Source: a phage. From it: a stretch of DNA of 49,713 bases. The position numbers and the translations under genes are program-made. Below, in pieces: positions 20,516 to 29,839 of this stretch. How positions within the stretch are numbered: the stretch's first letter is position 1; each line of letters starts with the position of its first letter. The DNA lies in the sequence record NC_130088.1; one strand, given 5' to 3'. The notes beneath the pieces are model-generated. The model was not told the origin of the DNA. It saw only the letters and a list, made by a program, of their open reading frames with translations, and did no database searches.

Positions 20516-20543
20516 GCAGACATACCAACGAGAGGATGACCAA

Positions 20544-21599
20544 ATGAGCGATTTTAAAGTTTACACCTTTGACCAGTTAACCAACGGTGAATATCACGAT
20601 CCGAAAGGCTGGGCGGCTGAATACGTTAGCGGTTCAAGCCTGGCAGAAATCTTTGCAAGTTGTCCGGCAGCATGGAAATACAGACCACGCGAGGAAAGCA
20701 AAGCGCTTGTTTTCGGTACGCAGTCACACACAAACTTCCAGAGTAGTGAGCTATTCGCAAAAGAGTACCGCAGAGCGCCAGCGCCGGAAGATTATGAAAA
20801 CCTGATTACGAGCCAGGCAGCATTGGCAGCGAAATTAAAATCTTTTGGCCTGACTGGTACAAGCGGTAAAACGTATCCAGATCTGATTAAGATGATGGTT
20901 GATTGTGGTGAGGATCTAAATGTGCAATGGCTCATTGAAATGATCGCAGAAAGCCAGGCGCGAGCGGATAACGTTGAATTGGTTCCGGCTAAAGATTACG
21001 ACGCTTGCGTTACCATGCGCCGCGTACTGGAAAGCATACCTGAACACAACGCTTGCATGAATAGCCCAACAGCACAACGCGAGCTATCAATTTTCGGCAC
21101 TATAAAAGGCGTGAAAGTCAAAGTAAGGCTTGACCATGTTGATATTTGCAAGGATGTGCTTGCAACGGTGATTTCCGGCTATGACGGTGAAGGGAATCCG
21201 GTTTATGAAACCACGCGATTTGATGAAGCGATTGTGATCACTGATTATAAAACAACGTCAAGCGCTAACCCGTCAGAGTTTGCAAGGCTGGCATTCAATC
21301 ACGGATACTACTTGAAAATGGCATTGCAGCATGACCTATTCAAGAAAGCGTATCCAGAAGAAACGCGCCCCGTAGTAGTCAGATTGCTGGCGCAGGAAAA
21401 GAAAGAGCCTTATTTACCGATTGCATACCGCATGACAGACGAACAATTGAAGATCGGACGTCTGCAATACATGAGCGTTATCAACCAGTTTGCAGAATGC
21501 CAGGCTAATGACGTTTGGCCTTCATATGCAAACGGTGAGCCGGAAATTGACCTGCAAACGCCTGATTGGGTACGCAGACAATACAAAGGTTTTTTATAA
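20544..21599 (+). CDS. Putative recombination exonuclease (PD-(D/E)XK-type)
   Basis: 351 aa; D..D(V) and ITDYKT motifs consistent with a PD-(D/E)XK nuclease; followed by Erf-like and SSB genes. Confidence 0.5.
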   Translation: MSDFKVYTFDQLTNGEYHDPKGWAAEYVSGSSLAEIFASCPAAWKYRPREESKALVFGTQSHTNFQSSELFAKEYRRAPAPEDYENLITSQAALAAKLKSFGLTGTSGKTYPDLIKMMVDCGEDLNVQWLIEMIAESQARADNVELVPAKDYDACVTMRRVLESIPEHNACMNSPTAQRELSIFGTIKGVKVKVRLDHVDICKDVLATVISGYDGEGNPVYETTRFDEAIVITDYKTTSSANPSEFARLAFNHGYYLKMALQHDLFKKAYPEETRPVVVRLLAQEKKEPYLPIAYRMTDEQLKIGRLQYMSVINQFAECQANDVWPSYANGEPEIDLQTPDWVRRQYKGFL

Positions 21600-21600
21600 A

Positions 21601-21642
21601 TAGCACTTTTTGCTAAAACAGCCATTCGATGCGTGGTATACT
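21601..21642 (+). promoter_or_regulatory. Conserved 19-bp box plus -10-like TATACT (class-2 promoter-like unit)
   Basis: TAGCACTTTTTGCTAAAAC, 21-nt gap, TATACT. Confidence 0.5.
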
Positions 21643-21674
21643 ACACGCATCAACCAACAAGAGAGGAAATAAAA

Positions 21675-21965
21675 ATGGAACAGCAATTCAATGAACAAGA
21701 CACTCAAGACGTGCGCGATCATGTAGGCGGATTTGTAAGCGCATTAGGCATTATGCAACGCCAGTTCTTACGAGTAATTGATCCAAGCGAATCACCGGAA
21801 ACTCTTGAATACGTTCGCAAGGTTGCATATTCGATTGATAGCGTTGTGTTAACAGTTCTTCAAATGGAGAATAACGAAGAACACCGCAAGATGATTAATC
21901 AGGCAAGTGAAATCATGATCCAGAATTTGATTGATTATCACAACGAGAACAAAGAAAAGCATTAA
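21675..21965 (+). CDS. Hypothetical protein
   Basis: 96 aa from ATG after AGAGAGG SD. Confidence 0.4.
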   Translation: MEQQFNEQDTQDVRDHVGGFVSALGIMQRQFLRVIDPSESPETLEYVRKVAYSIDSVVLTVLQMENNEEHRKMINQASEIMIQNLIDYHNENKEKH

Positions 21966-22011
21966 TTAACACGGCGGCGCAAGCCGCCATTATTAAACCG
22001 GAGTCAATGAA

Positions 22012-22674
22012 ATGAAATTTTCCGATCAAAACGCAAACGTAATTAAGGCATTGTTTGAGGCGCGTCAGTTATTCACAAAAGTAAAAAAGGATAAGCAAAA
22101 CACGCACCTGAAAAACAAATATGCAACTCTTGACAGCGTTCTTGATGCTATTATGCCTGGCCTTACTGATAAGGGTTTATTCCTTACTCAAGATCAGAAA
22201 GTTGGCGAAGATTTGAAATCAATGACGGTTTTAACTCGCTTCATTCACGTTGAATCAAATGAATGGGTTGAATATAGTTTCACGTTGCCAATGCAGAAAT
22301 TAGATCCGCAAGGTGGCGGCTCAACAAACAGCTATGCGAGACGTTATGCACTTTGTACCGCTCTTGGACTGGCAACAGCTGACGATGACGCAAATCTTGC
22401 CACCAAAAACGCGCAGGATTGGAAAAAAGATCTTGATGCTTGCGATAACCTTACAGACTTGCAAGAAACGTTTAAAACGGCTTACAAGCAATCTGACGCA
22501 GCAAACCGCCGAATCATTAAAGAGCATTACGACAAGCTGAAAGCAAAAATGGAAATCGGAAAGGCTCGTGGTTTTAATCCGGCTGAACCAGCGGCAAATG
22601 TTGCGAAGAATGAAAAAGTTGAAAACAAACCGCAACAGGAAGTAAAATCACAGTCTATCACTGACTTTGAATAA
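22012..22674 (+). CDS. Erf-like single-strand annealing protein (probable)
   Basis: 220 aa between exonuclease and SSB; sequence pattern consistent with the Erf family as recalled. Confidence 0.5.
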   Translation: MKFSDQNANVIKALFEARQLFTKVKKDKQNTHLKNKYATLDSVLDAIMPGLTDKGLFLTQDQKVGEDLKSMTVLTRFIHVESNEWVEYSFTLPMQKLDPQGGGSTNSYARRYALCTALGLATADDDANLATKNAQDWKKDLDACDNLTDLQETFKTAYKQSDAANRRIIKEHYDKLKAKMEIGKARGFNPAEPAANVAKNEKVENKPQQEVKSQSITDFE

Positions 22675-22675
22675 T

Positions 22676-22706
22676 TTATCGCGGGGCGATAACGCCCCGA
22701 TAAGGA
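22676..22706 (+). promoter_or_regulatory. GC-rich hairpin (CGGGGCG..CGCCCCG) directly upstream of the SSB ribosome-binding site
   Basis: Perfect 7-bp GC stem with ATAA loop, no T-run after it. Confidence 0.35.
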
Positions 22707-22712
22707 AATAAA

Positions 22713-23138
22713 ATGCACGTAATCACCGGAGAAATTCGCAAAGAGCCATTTGTAAAGCAAGGCGCAAACGGCACATTATACATCGTTGAGCTTTCGGAGT
22801 CATTTAAAGATCGTGAAGGTAATCGACAATACACCAATTACAAATTCTTCTTTAATGCTAAAAGCGACGGCATGAATAATTGGTATCGTGAAGCATTTCA
22901 GCAGGGTAAAGTTATTTCTGTATCATGCGATCAGTTACGCATTGATAGCCAGGAATACAACGGGCAGATTTATAACACATTGACGGCGGCGGGCTTTCCT
23001 AATCTTTTATTCAGTCAACGCGGAGAAGGGCAAGCGCCACAACAGCAGCAACCTCGACAGCAACAACAATCGCCACGCCAGCAAGCGCCTCAAAACAACG
23101 AGCCGCCTATGGATTTTGATGATGATATCCCATTCTGA
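22713..23138 (+). CDS. ssb: Single-stranded DNA-binding protein
   Basis: 141 aa; Gln/Pro-rich linker and acidic C-terminal tail MDFDDDIPF characteristic of SSB. Confidence 0.85.
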   Translation: MHVITGEIRKEPFVKQGANGTLYIVELSESFKDREGNRQYTNYKFFFNAKSDGMNNWYREAFQQGKVISVSCDQLRIDSQEYNGQIYNTLTAAGFPNLLFSQRGEGQAPQQQQPRQQQQSPRQQAPQNNEPPMDFDDDIPF

Positions 23139-23140
23139 TA

Positions 23141-23172
23141 AAAGAAAAGGAGCCGAAAGGCTCCTTTTTTAT
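23141..23172. terminator. Bidirectional terminator (AAGGAGCC..GGCTCCTT flanked by A-run and T-run)
   Basis: Between convergent ssb and tail-fibre genes. Confidence 0.7.
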
Positions 23173-25541
23173 TACTTAGCAATCTGAATAAACATTGATT
23201 GCATTTCCTCGATCATCTTTTTCATTTCTGCTACTTCATTTTTTAGCTCATTGATTTCATCTTGTTGCTTCTGAATGGTTTCATTCTGCTTATCTGAATC
23301 ATCAATCATTTCATTAATTGCGTTAACCAAAAGAGCAGTTACACCGCCATAGCTAACACCTAAATATTCTGAATCTGAAATCTTGTAAACCGCTTCCGGT
23401 AAAACAGTTTGCACGTCTTGAGCTATTACACCAGCCTCCTCAGAATAGAAAGAATATTCATCTTCATCAAGATTGTTGCGCTTAAAATAAGTGTAACCTT
23501 TTATTGATTTCACTTTTTCTTTAGCGCTTTCAATCTCTTTTAGGTTTGCTTTCAGGCGAATATCGGAAGTGTTAACCCATTGCACAGCAGACGCATAACC
23601 AGCATCGTTAAACCCATAAACAGCGCCCCTTACATTAAAATGAGCCTCGCAACCTCCAGCGCTATATCTGACAACATCAAGACCAGCAGCCCAATCGCCA
23701 CCCCATCGAACAACCTTAAAGACGTTTGCGGCAGCATCATCACCAGGTAACTCAACAAGAAGGCCGCAAGCACGATCGCGCCAAGCATCCCAACCTCCAG
23801 CGGCAATCTGACCACCAATTAGCGCATTACCGCCGCCAGTTCTAGCACCTGAAACTCTAATGCCGTTAGCGTTATTATCAACAGGCCATATATTTAAAAG
23901 TCCGTTAAGGTGCATGTTTTGAGCATCGAATGAAGACACATTTCTACCGTTGCACATTACTTGCAAAATGCCATCACCGCCCCACTTAAAGCCTGTATCA
24001 GTGTCACCAATTACTAACGCATTACTTCCAAGCGCATTACCAATACCCCTACCGATAACTATTGAATTGTAATTTAGCGCGTTGCCACTTTCATCAAACT
24101 GATAATAGTTTGTGTCGCCACCTTCTCTAGTTACTTGAATAGTTGCCTTTGCAATCCCACCCTGAATTTCGTTGTAAATTCTTGAGTATGAAAGCTGTAC
24201 ATTTTCTGGACTTTTGTTTATTAAATAAAGAATTCCAGAGTTTGCAGAGTTTGCAGAGTTTTTTTCTGTTAGGCTTATTCCTCTAAAAACAGGAATGTCA
24301 GTTTCACCAATGCCAAAGTTATTCCTTGCTTGGCTTACGTTTGCTGCACCTGTGCCGCCCTGTAGAATTCCAAGAGGAATATACTGTTGCGATGCGATAT
24401 TCCAGTAACCCCAACCATCGTTACCAACTGTAAGGTATTTGATCTTATCCGGCGACCGAATAAACGTTTCACCATCGCCCTGATCAAATCGGTCAATCTG
24501 GAAATTAATTCTTGCTTGCGTTACGTTTTCCGCACCAGTACCGCCAGCACCAACAGAAAGAGCGGATGTGCTGTTATCGCTATTTCTTGCAACTCGCCAC
24601 TCGCCGTTGTTTGCGATCCGTAATTCATAAGTCCATGCAGGGTTACGAAATGAGTTATAATCACCTGGATTTTGACCCTTAACTGAATTAACAGCCTCAA
24701 CTTTCAGCGCCTCCCTTGCTAAATCTTTATTAGCAAGATCATTAAGATTCTGATCCTTATGCAGAAGGTTTTCAGGGTTAACTTGTTGTGCCCATTGGCG
24801 AGCTTCATCACGCGCAGTTTCAGCGCCTTGTTTAGCGTTTCCGGCTGCAACGTTTGATTGTTCAGCGGCAAGTTGTGATTCCTTTGCTGCATCGCGAGCA
24901 TTAACAGCCTCGTTTTTAATTGATCCAATTTCAGCAACGGCGCTATCTTTTATTTGTTGCGTCTGCGTTTTTATTGCGTCAGTGTCTGCCTTAATCTGAT
25001 TGGTTTCATTGACGGCAGCATCCTTAATCTGTTGAGTTTCTGCAATCGCAGTATCTTTAATTTGCGTAGTCTCAGAAACAGCGGCATCCTTAATAGCTTG
25101 CGTGTCGTTTTTTAATTGCTCAGTTGCGGCGCGATCTGCATCCGTTTTTTGTGCGGAAGACTCAGCGCGAGCAACAAGATCCTGTAATGTTTTAAGGTCA
25201 AAGTTTTTGAAGAATTCAATTGCTTCCTCAATAACCGTTTCTTTACTTTGGTAATATCTCAGCGTTTCCGCTACATCTTGCGCCATTCCATCGACAGTTA
25301 GCGAGTCATTCAACAGGATTACATAATTTCCGTTTGCTACTGGCTCGCCGTCAGTCTGGATCGCTTTCATTTCCGTGTCGCTTACAATATCGCTGATAAC
25401 CGCCAGCTTTAAAGGCGTGGTTAAAAAAACGATTGTTGCGCCAGTGCGAATAAGAGAAAGCGGCTCACGCCATTTTGTGCCAGTACCAGTGATAACGCCT
25501 TGTGCGTCCATTGCAGCCGTACCAGTGCGATATAAAGCCAT
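23172..25541 (-). CDS. Tail fibre protein with C-terminal intramolecular chaperone (S74-like) domain
   Basis: 789 aa; N-terminal anchor, repeated IKDxAVxET coiled-coil units, Gly-rich beta-helix-like region, C-terminal SDIRLK... chaperone-like block. Confidence 0.75.
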   Translation of the reverse strand: MALYRTGTAAMDAQGVITGTGTKWREPLSLIRTGATIVFLTTPLKLAVISDIVSDTEMKAIQTDGEPVANGNYVILLNDSLTVDGMAQDVAETLRYYQSKETVIEEAIEFFKNFDLKTLQDLVARAESSAQKTDADRAATEQLKNDTQAIKDAAVSETTQIKDTAIAETQQIKDAAVNETNQIKADTDAIKTQTQQIKDSAVAEIGSIKNEAVNARDAAKESQLAAEQSNVAAGNAKQGAETARDEARQWAQQVNPENLLHKDQNLNDLANKDLAREALKVEAVNSVKGQNPGDYNSFRNPAWTYELRIANNGEWRVARNSDNSTSALSVGAGGTGAENVTQARINFQIDRFDQGDGETFIRSPDKIKYLTVGNDGWGYWNIASQQYIPLGILQGGTGAANVSQARNNFGIGETDIPVFRGISLTEKNSANSANSGILYLINKSPENVQLSYSRIYNEIQGGIAKATIQVTREGGDTNYYQFDESGNALNYNSIVIGRGIGNALGSNALVIGDTDTGFKWGGDGILQVMCNGRNVSSFDAQNMHLNGLLNIWPVDNNANGIRVSGARTGGGNALIGGQIAAGGWDAWRDRACGLLVELPGDDAAANVFKVVRWGGDWAAGLDVVRYSAGGCEAHFNVRGAVYGFNDAGYASAVQWVNTSDIRLKANLKEIESAKEKVKSIKGYTYFKRNNLDEDEYSFYSEEAGVIAQDVQTVLPEAVYKISDSEYLGVSYGGVTALLVNAINEMIDDSDKQNETIQKQQDEINELKNEVAEMKKMIEEMQSMFIQIAK
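24236..24260 (-). repeat. In-frame 9-bp tandem repeat (CAGAGTTTG x2.8) encoding NSANSANS within the tail-fibre gene
   Basis: Direct reading. Confidence 0.8.
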
Positions 25542-25582
25542 AATTTCACCTCATAGCATTTTTTGTTAAAATAGGTCATGTA

Positions 25583-25611
25583 ATTATGCTACAGCCATTT
25601 GTTACATGCAA
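25583..25611 (-). promoter_or_regulatory. Sigma70-like promoter TTGCAT-17-CATAAT for the tail-fibre gene
   Basis: Read on minus strand; GAGGTG SD follows. Confidence 0.55.
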
Positions 25612-25634
25612 TAAAAAACCCCGCCGAAGCGGGG
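25612..25634 (-). terminator. Rho-independent terminator (CCCCGC..GCGGGG plus T-run on minus strand) after the primase gene
   Basis: Perfect 6-bp GC stem, A6 on plus strand. Confidence 0.65.
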
Positions 25635-25701
25635 CATCGTTAACGACAACGAGAAGTCAATGAAACAGATTCATCGAAAAGTGTTAGTAGCAGGATGAAT
25701 A

Positions 25702-26628
25702 TTATAATAAGTCACTTGCCTTGTAAAGCCTCCGCTCTATTCCATTTTTGAATTTACCGTTAATTGGTAACATTACGTCTAATTCGCGATCATCAGCAGC
25801 AATCAAAGTATCGCGATCATTAGCATGGCACACAACGCGCATTTTGCGATCACCTTTGTAGCGATACGCTACTATTTCAAGATTCGACGCAGAAAAACAA
25901 GCCCACACCTCTTGTCCAGTTGCCAAGTGGATGTGTTGCGCATCAATCCAATCAACGCAAAGGTAAATTGTTTTGTCAGTCTTGCCAGTTACTGCAACAG
26001 AGCCTCGCGTATAATCCTTAGCGTAAAAACTGCTTTGACCTTCCTCATTGACGAAAAGAATATTACACATATCATCGTCCAATTCATCACTATGCACTAG
26101 GTGGCAAGGAATGGCGTGAATATGTTCGCAATATCCGTTGTCGTGAGTTTTTACGCCAACTTGATACGATTCGCCGCCTAATGGATAAAACGCCTCAAAA
26201 ACGCTTAGATTTGTTATTTCCATGCGTTCAGTTTTATCCATAACCTCAACACATTTTTCATGAGTTGCTTGCGATCCGAAATTGTAACCGGAGTCACGTT
26301 TTGCCGCTTTGTTAGCCTTGTTGACAACCTCAACCGGAACCAGGTTTAACCATTCGCCTAGAGTGTCGATTGCTTCACTGTAATTTTCACCACGTATGCG
26401 CATGAATAATCCGATCCCTGAATCATTCCCGCATTGGTTGCAAATGTTGCCGCCGTCGCCTTTCTCGTTGATTTTGTCCGTCCATCTGAAACGGTCTTTA
26501 CCTCCACAATAAGGGCATGGTTGATGCTTTCCGTTAAAGGTTAATTGAGGAATATCACAAAGTTTCATCAATGCCGCTTGCCACATTCCGCGCATCTTTG
26601 GGATCACTTCTTCTTTCTGGTAATGCAT
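25702..26628 (-). CDS. DNA primase (zinc-ribbon plus TOPRIM-like)
   Basis: CPYCGG..C..C zinc ribbon at N-terminus, acidic DxD-like motifs later; GGAGG SD. Confidence 0.6.
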   Translation of the reverse strand: MHYQKEEVIPKMRGMWQAALMKLCDIPQLTFNGKHQPCPYCGGKDRFRWTDKINEKGDGGNICNQCGNDSGIGLFMRIRGENYSEAIDTLGEWLNLVPVEVVNKANKAAKRDSGYNFGSQATHEKCVEVMDKTERMEITNLSVFEAFYPLGGESYQVGVKTHDNGYCEHIHAIPCHLVHSDELDDDMCNILFVNEEGQSSFYAKDYTRGSVAVTGKTDKTIYLCVDWIDAQHIHLATGQEVWACFSASNLEIVAYRYKGDRKMRVVCHANDRDTLIAADDRELDVMLPINGKFKNGIERRLYKASDLL

Positions 26629-26645
26629 TTCTCAACCTCCAAATA

Positions 26646-26676
26646 AAAAAACCTGGCACGATGATAAACCATGCCA
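26646..26676 (-). terminator. Terminator hairpin (CCTGGCA..TGCCAGG) with T-run on minus strand
   Basis: Dyad plus A7 on plus strand. Confidence 0.55.
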
Positions 26677-26687
26677 GGCCGGAATTT

Positions 26688-27296
26688 TTAGCAATCAGTG
26701 CTATCGACGGAAATCACAACGCGTTTCTTCTGATTGGCTTCCTTTGCTTTGCGCCGTTCTTCTTTCGCCTTATCGCGTTCAGCTTTGCGCCGCGCTTTCT
26801 CCTTCTCGCGTTCTTCTGGACTCATAGACCGCAACGGATCGTAAGGCCGCACAAATCCTCTTGCTTCCGCCTCCTCTTTGGTTACAAATCGCATCAGCTT
26901 TCTGTTGCTGCAACGATTCTCTAATGGCTTGCCGTTATTATCAAATTTGATATCTGGACGGCAATATGAAGCGCGGAAGCCGTTAAAACCTTTGCGTCTG
27001 TAATCTTTCTGGATCAGTTCAGCGCCTTTAGTTGAAATCATGCCGCGCTCTTTCCATCCCCATACTGTTTTAAGGTTAACGCCAATTTCACGCGCCAGGG
27101 CAGCGCAACCGCCATAAGCGCTAACCACTTCATCAAGCCTAGCTTTTAATCCTGCCCTTACTTCTTCCTTTAGTACCAGATAACCGCTAACAGGTGCGCG
27201 GCGCTTCCTGTCTTTACCACGCCTTACGCCGTTGTTACCATTGATTGTGCGTTTGTCGATTTCTCCCGTTGAGGCCGCAATTTTGATTTCGCTCAT
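26688..27296 (-). CDS. HTH DNA-binding protein with basic Lys/Arg/Glu-rich C-terminal tail
   Basis: HTH-like segment GGCAALAREIGVNLKTVWGW; AGGTGA SD; divergent from helicase gene. Confidence 0.45.
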   Translation of the reverse strand: MSEIKIAASTGEIDKRTINGNNGVRRGKDRKRRAPVSGYLVLKEEVRAGLKARLDEVVSAYGGCAALAREIGVNLKTVWGWKERGMISTKGAELIQKDYRRKGFNGFRASYCRPDIKFDNNGKPLENRCSNRKLMRFVTKEEAEARGFVRPYDPLRSMSPEEREKEKARRKAERDKAKEERRKAKEANQKKRVVISVDSTDC

Positions 27297-27307
27297 ATTT
27301 TCACCTA

Positions 27308-27349
27308 TAGCACTTTTTGCTAAAACTATTGAGTAAGTTTGTGTATGAT
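27308..27349 (+). promoter_or_regulatory. Conserved 19-bp box plus TATGAT (class-2 unit) upstream of helicase
   Basis: TAGCACTTTTTGCTAAAAC, 21-nt gap, TATGAT. Confidence 0.5.
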
Positions 27350-27384
27350 ATGGTGCAAATGGCATTTAGTCAAAAGGATAAGTA

Positions 27385-29358
27385 ATGATTCCTAACATTG
27401 AAAAACAGATTGAAGAACTTGGAGCGGAAAAGATAAAGGCAATACAAAAACGCTTCACAGTTGGTGAAATTGTGCCTTACGAATATCAATGCGTTGCATA
27501 CGTTGAGATCGCAAAGCGTTTAAGCCGTTATGAACATCCGTTTTTTGTTAAGGCGGCTGTATCGGCAGGTAAAACAATCATCTTTGCTATGGTTGCGGCT
27601 CAGTGCCGTAAAATGGGGTTGAAAGCGTTATTTCTGGCGCGTCAATCTGAAATTGTGGATCAGGATTCAAAAGAGATTAGCGCCTTTGGTGTTCCGAATT
27701 CCGTTTATTGCGCTGGCCTGAATACCAAAAGCGCTTATTTCCCGATTGTTGTCGGATCGGAAGGCACTGTAATTGGTGGATTGAATAAAGCGTTGGGTGA
27801 TTACGTCCCGCAAGTTTTAGGTATAGACGAATGTCATCAAGTCAACTGGAATGATATTGTTGAAGCCGAGGAAAACGGCGAAAGCATAGAGCAAATGATG
27901 ACACCGAAAGGTGAACCAGTTGAAGGCAATCCGTTGCTGATTGGTTCAGGCCGCGCACAATACACCATTATCATTGCAGAAATGCGCCGCCGTTGTCTTG
28001 AGACTTACGGTCATCAGTTGCGTATATTTGGAATGACCGGATCTGAATATCGCGGAATTGAGCCGATACTTGTCGAAGATAAAAGAATTCCTGGGTTTTG
28101 GCGTGAGCAGATCACAAACATTGATACTGATTACCTGGTAAAATTTGGTTCAGTTGTTCCCACTTATTTTGGCAATGTTGGTGATTTGGGTTACGACTTA
28201 TCAGAATTTACGCCAGTGAATGAATTTGGCGTTGCTGATTATGACCAGAAGCAATTAAAGGCCATGAGTGACAAGATTCACCAATCAGGAACCATGACGC
28301 AGAAAATAATGCAGATGGTTCACGAGGTGATGAAAAACCGCTTGTGCGCTCTTGTTACTTGCGCTGACGAAAGGCACTGCAAAGAGGCGGCGGCGGCGCT
28401 TCCGCCTGGCACGAAATATCACATTATCACCGGAAAAACTGGAGAGAAACAGCGGCGCTTATGGCTTGAGGATGCATATGAAGGGCGCGTTAAATACATC
28501 TTCCAGGTTCAGGCGCTAACAACTGGCGTGAACGTTCCTCCGTGGGATACTTCTGTTATTTTGCGCAAGATCGGAAGCCTGACGCTATTAACTCAGCTTT
28601 TGGGGCGCGGTATGCGTCAATTAAAAACTTACCATAAAGAAGTATTGGGAATGCACAAAACAGATCATCTTGTTTTGGACTTTTCCGGCACGATGTTTGA
28701 AATGGGTAATTTGTATTTCGATCCGATGTTAGAGCAAGCGCAATTCCAGTTACGTAAATCACAGGACAAAGATCCGAAATATTGCCCGATTTGCGGTACA
28801 GAAAATTCATTCTATGCTCGCCGTTGCATTAATGAGGATGAAAACGGAAATCGTTGTGAACATTTCTGGACGTTCCAGGAATGTGAGGATCAGATTGATG
28901 ACCGCACAAAGAAAGTTATTGTAAAAGGTTGCGGCGCAAAAAATGACGTTGCGGCGCGTGTATGCCGTTGCTGTAATGTTCAGTTACGCGATCCAAATGA
29001 TAACTTATCCGGCAAGATGTACCGTAAAAACGATTGGTGCGACGTGTTAGATTTTAATGTGACGCTGACAAAAAACCAGGCTGGCGTAATATTCTGCTAC
29101 ACGTTACGTGATAGTGGCGGCGTAGAATTCAGGGCATACGAAAAATATTTCCCTGAATCAGAACACAAGATATGTAAAACGCTTTGGACAAAGGCGGTTA
29201 GAACACATGTTATAGATCGCCAAGCCGCAAACTTTATGATCACTTGCCGCAATGCAATTAAGATCATGAGTTATGCGGGGCAAATATTGCCGCCAAAACG
29301 TGTTACCCATCGCAAGAACACAAAGAAAGAAGATTTGATCGCACAGAAGGAGTTTTAA
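27385..29358 (+). CDS. SF2 (DEAD/DEAH-like) helicase with C-terminal zinc-ribbon motifs
   Basis: Walker A SAGKT, DECH box, CxxC..CxxC clusters near C-terminus. Confidence 0.75.
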   Translation: MIPNIEKQIEELGAEKIKAIQKRFTVGEIVPYEYQCVAYVEIAKRLSRYEHPFFVKAAVSAGKTIIFAMVAAQCRKMGLKALFLARQSEIVDQDSKEISAFGVPNSVYCAGLNTKSAYFPIVVGSEGTVIGGLNKALGDYVPQVLGIDECHQVNWNDIVEAEENGESIEQMMTPKGEPVEGNPLLIGSGRAQYTIIIAEMRRRCLETYGHQLRIFGMTGSEYRGIEPILVEDKRIPGFWREQITNIDTDYLVKFGSVVPTYFGNVGDLGYDLSEFTPVNEFGVADYDQKQLKAMSDKIHQSGTMTQKIMQMVHEVMKNRLCALVTCADERHCKEAAAALPPGTKYHIITGKTGEKQRRLWLEDAYEGRVKYIFQVQALTTGVNVPPWDTSVILRKIGSLTLLTQLLGRGMRQLKTYHKEVLGMHKTDHLVLDFSGTMFEMGNLYFDPMLEQAQFQLRKSQDKDPKYCPICGTENSFYARRCINEDENGNRCEHFWTFQECEDQIDDRTKKVIVKGCGAKNDVAARVCRCCNVQLRDPNDNLSGKMYRKNDWCDVLDFNVTLTKNQAGVIFCYTLRDSGGVEFRAYEKYFPESEHKICKTLWTKAVRTHVIDRQAANFMITCRNAIKIMSYAGQILPPKRVTHRKNTKKEDLIAQKEF

Positions 29359-29360
29359 AA

Positions 29361-29768
29361 ATGGTTACTGATAAAGGCGATTATCTGGAGTATTACGACA
29401 AATCAGATCCAGATGACAGAAAAGAGGAAGCGCACCAGGTTGATTCTTATTCATGGTTAACATATGAGTTTCCAATGTGGCTTGTTTGGCACACTAAAAA
29501 CGAAGGGAAGAAAACAATAGGCACAGCAGTAAAGGATCAGCAAGCAGGTGTAAAAAAGGGAGTAAGCGACATTCTAATCCTGACTGGTTTTATTGGCTGC
29601 AAATATGCATTCATTGCAATTGAGCTTAAACGAGCCAACAAGAAAGGAACTAAAGTAAGCCAGGAACAAAGGGAATTCTTGCGCCGCGTTAGGGAATGCG
29701 GAGGATTTGCCGCAGTATGCTATGGTGTAGATCAAGTAAAATTGGCTATCGCAGACGCTACAAAATAG
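29361..29768 (+). CDS. VRR-NUC domain nuclease
   Basis: 135 aa; D..IELK PD-(D/E)XK-like core; directly follows helicase. Confidence 0.55.
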   Translation: MVTDKGDYLEYYDKSDPDDRKEEAHQVDSYSWLTYEFPMWLVWHTKNEGKKTIGTAVKDQQAGVKKGVSDILILTGFIGCKYAFIAIELKRANKKGTKVSQEQREFLRRVRECGGFAAVCYGVDQVKLAIADATK

Positions 29769-29808
29769 CACTTTTTGTTAAAACAGGCGCGACGGAATGC
29801 GCCATAAT
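29766..29808 (+). promoter_or_regulatory. Conserved 19-bp box plus CATAAT (class-2 unit)
   Basis: Box starts at the TAG stop of the upstream gene. Confidence 0.5.
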
Positions 29809-29839
29809 GCACACATCAGAACGAAACGGAGAATTAACC

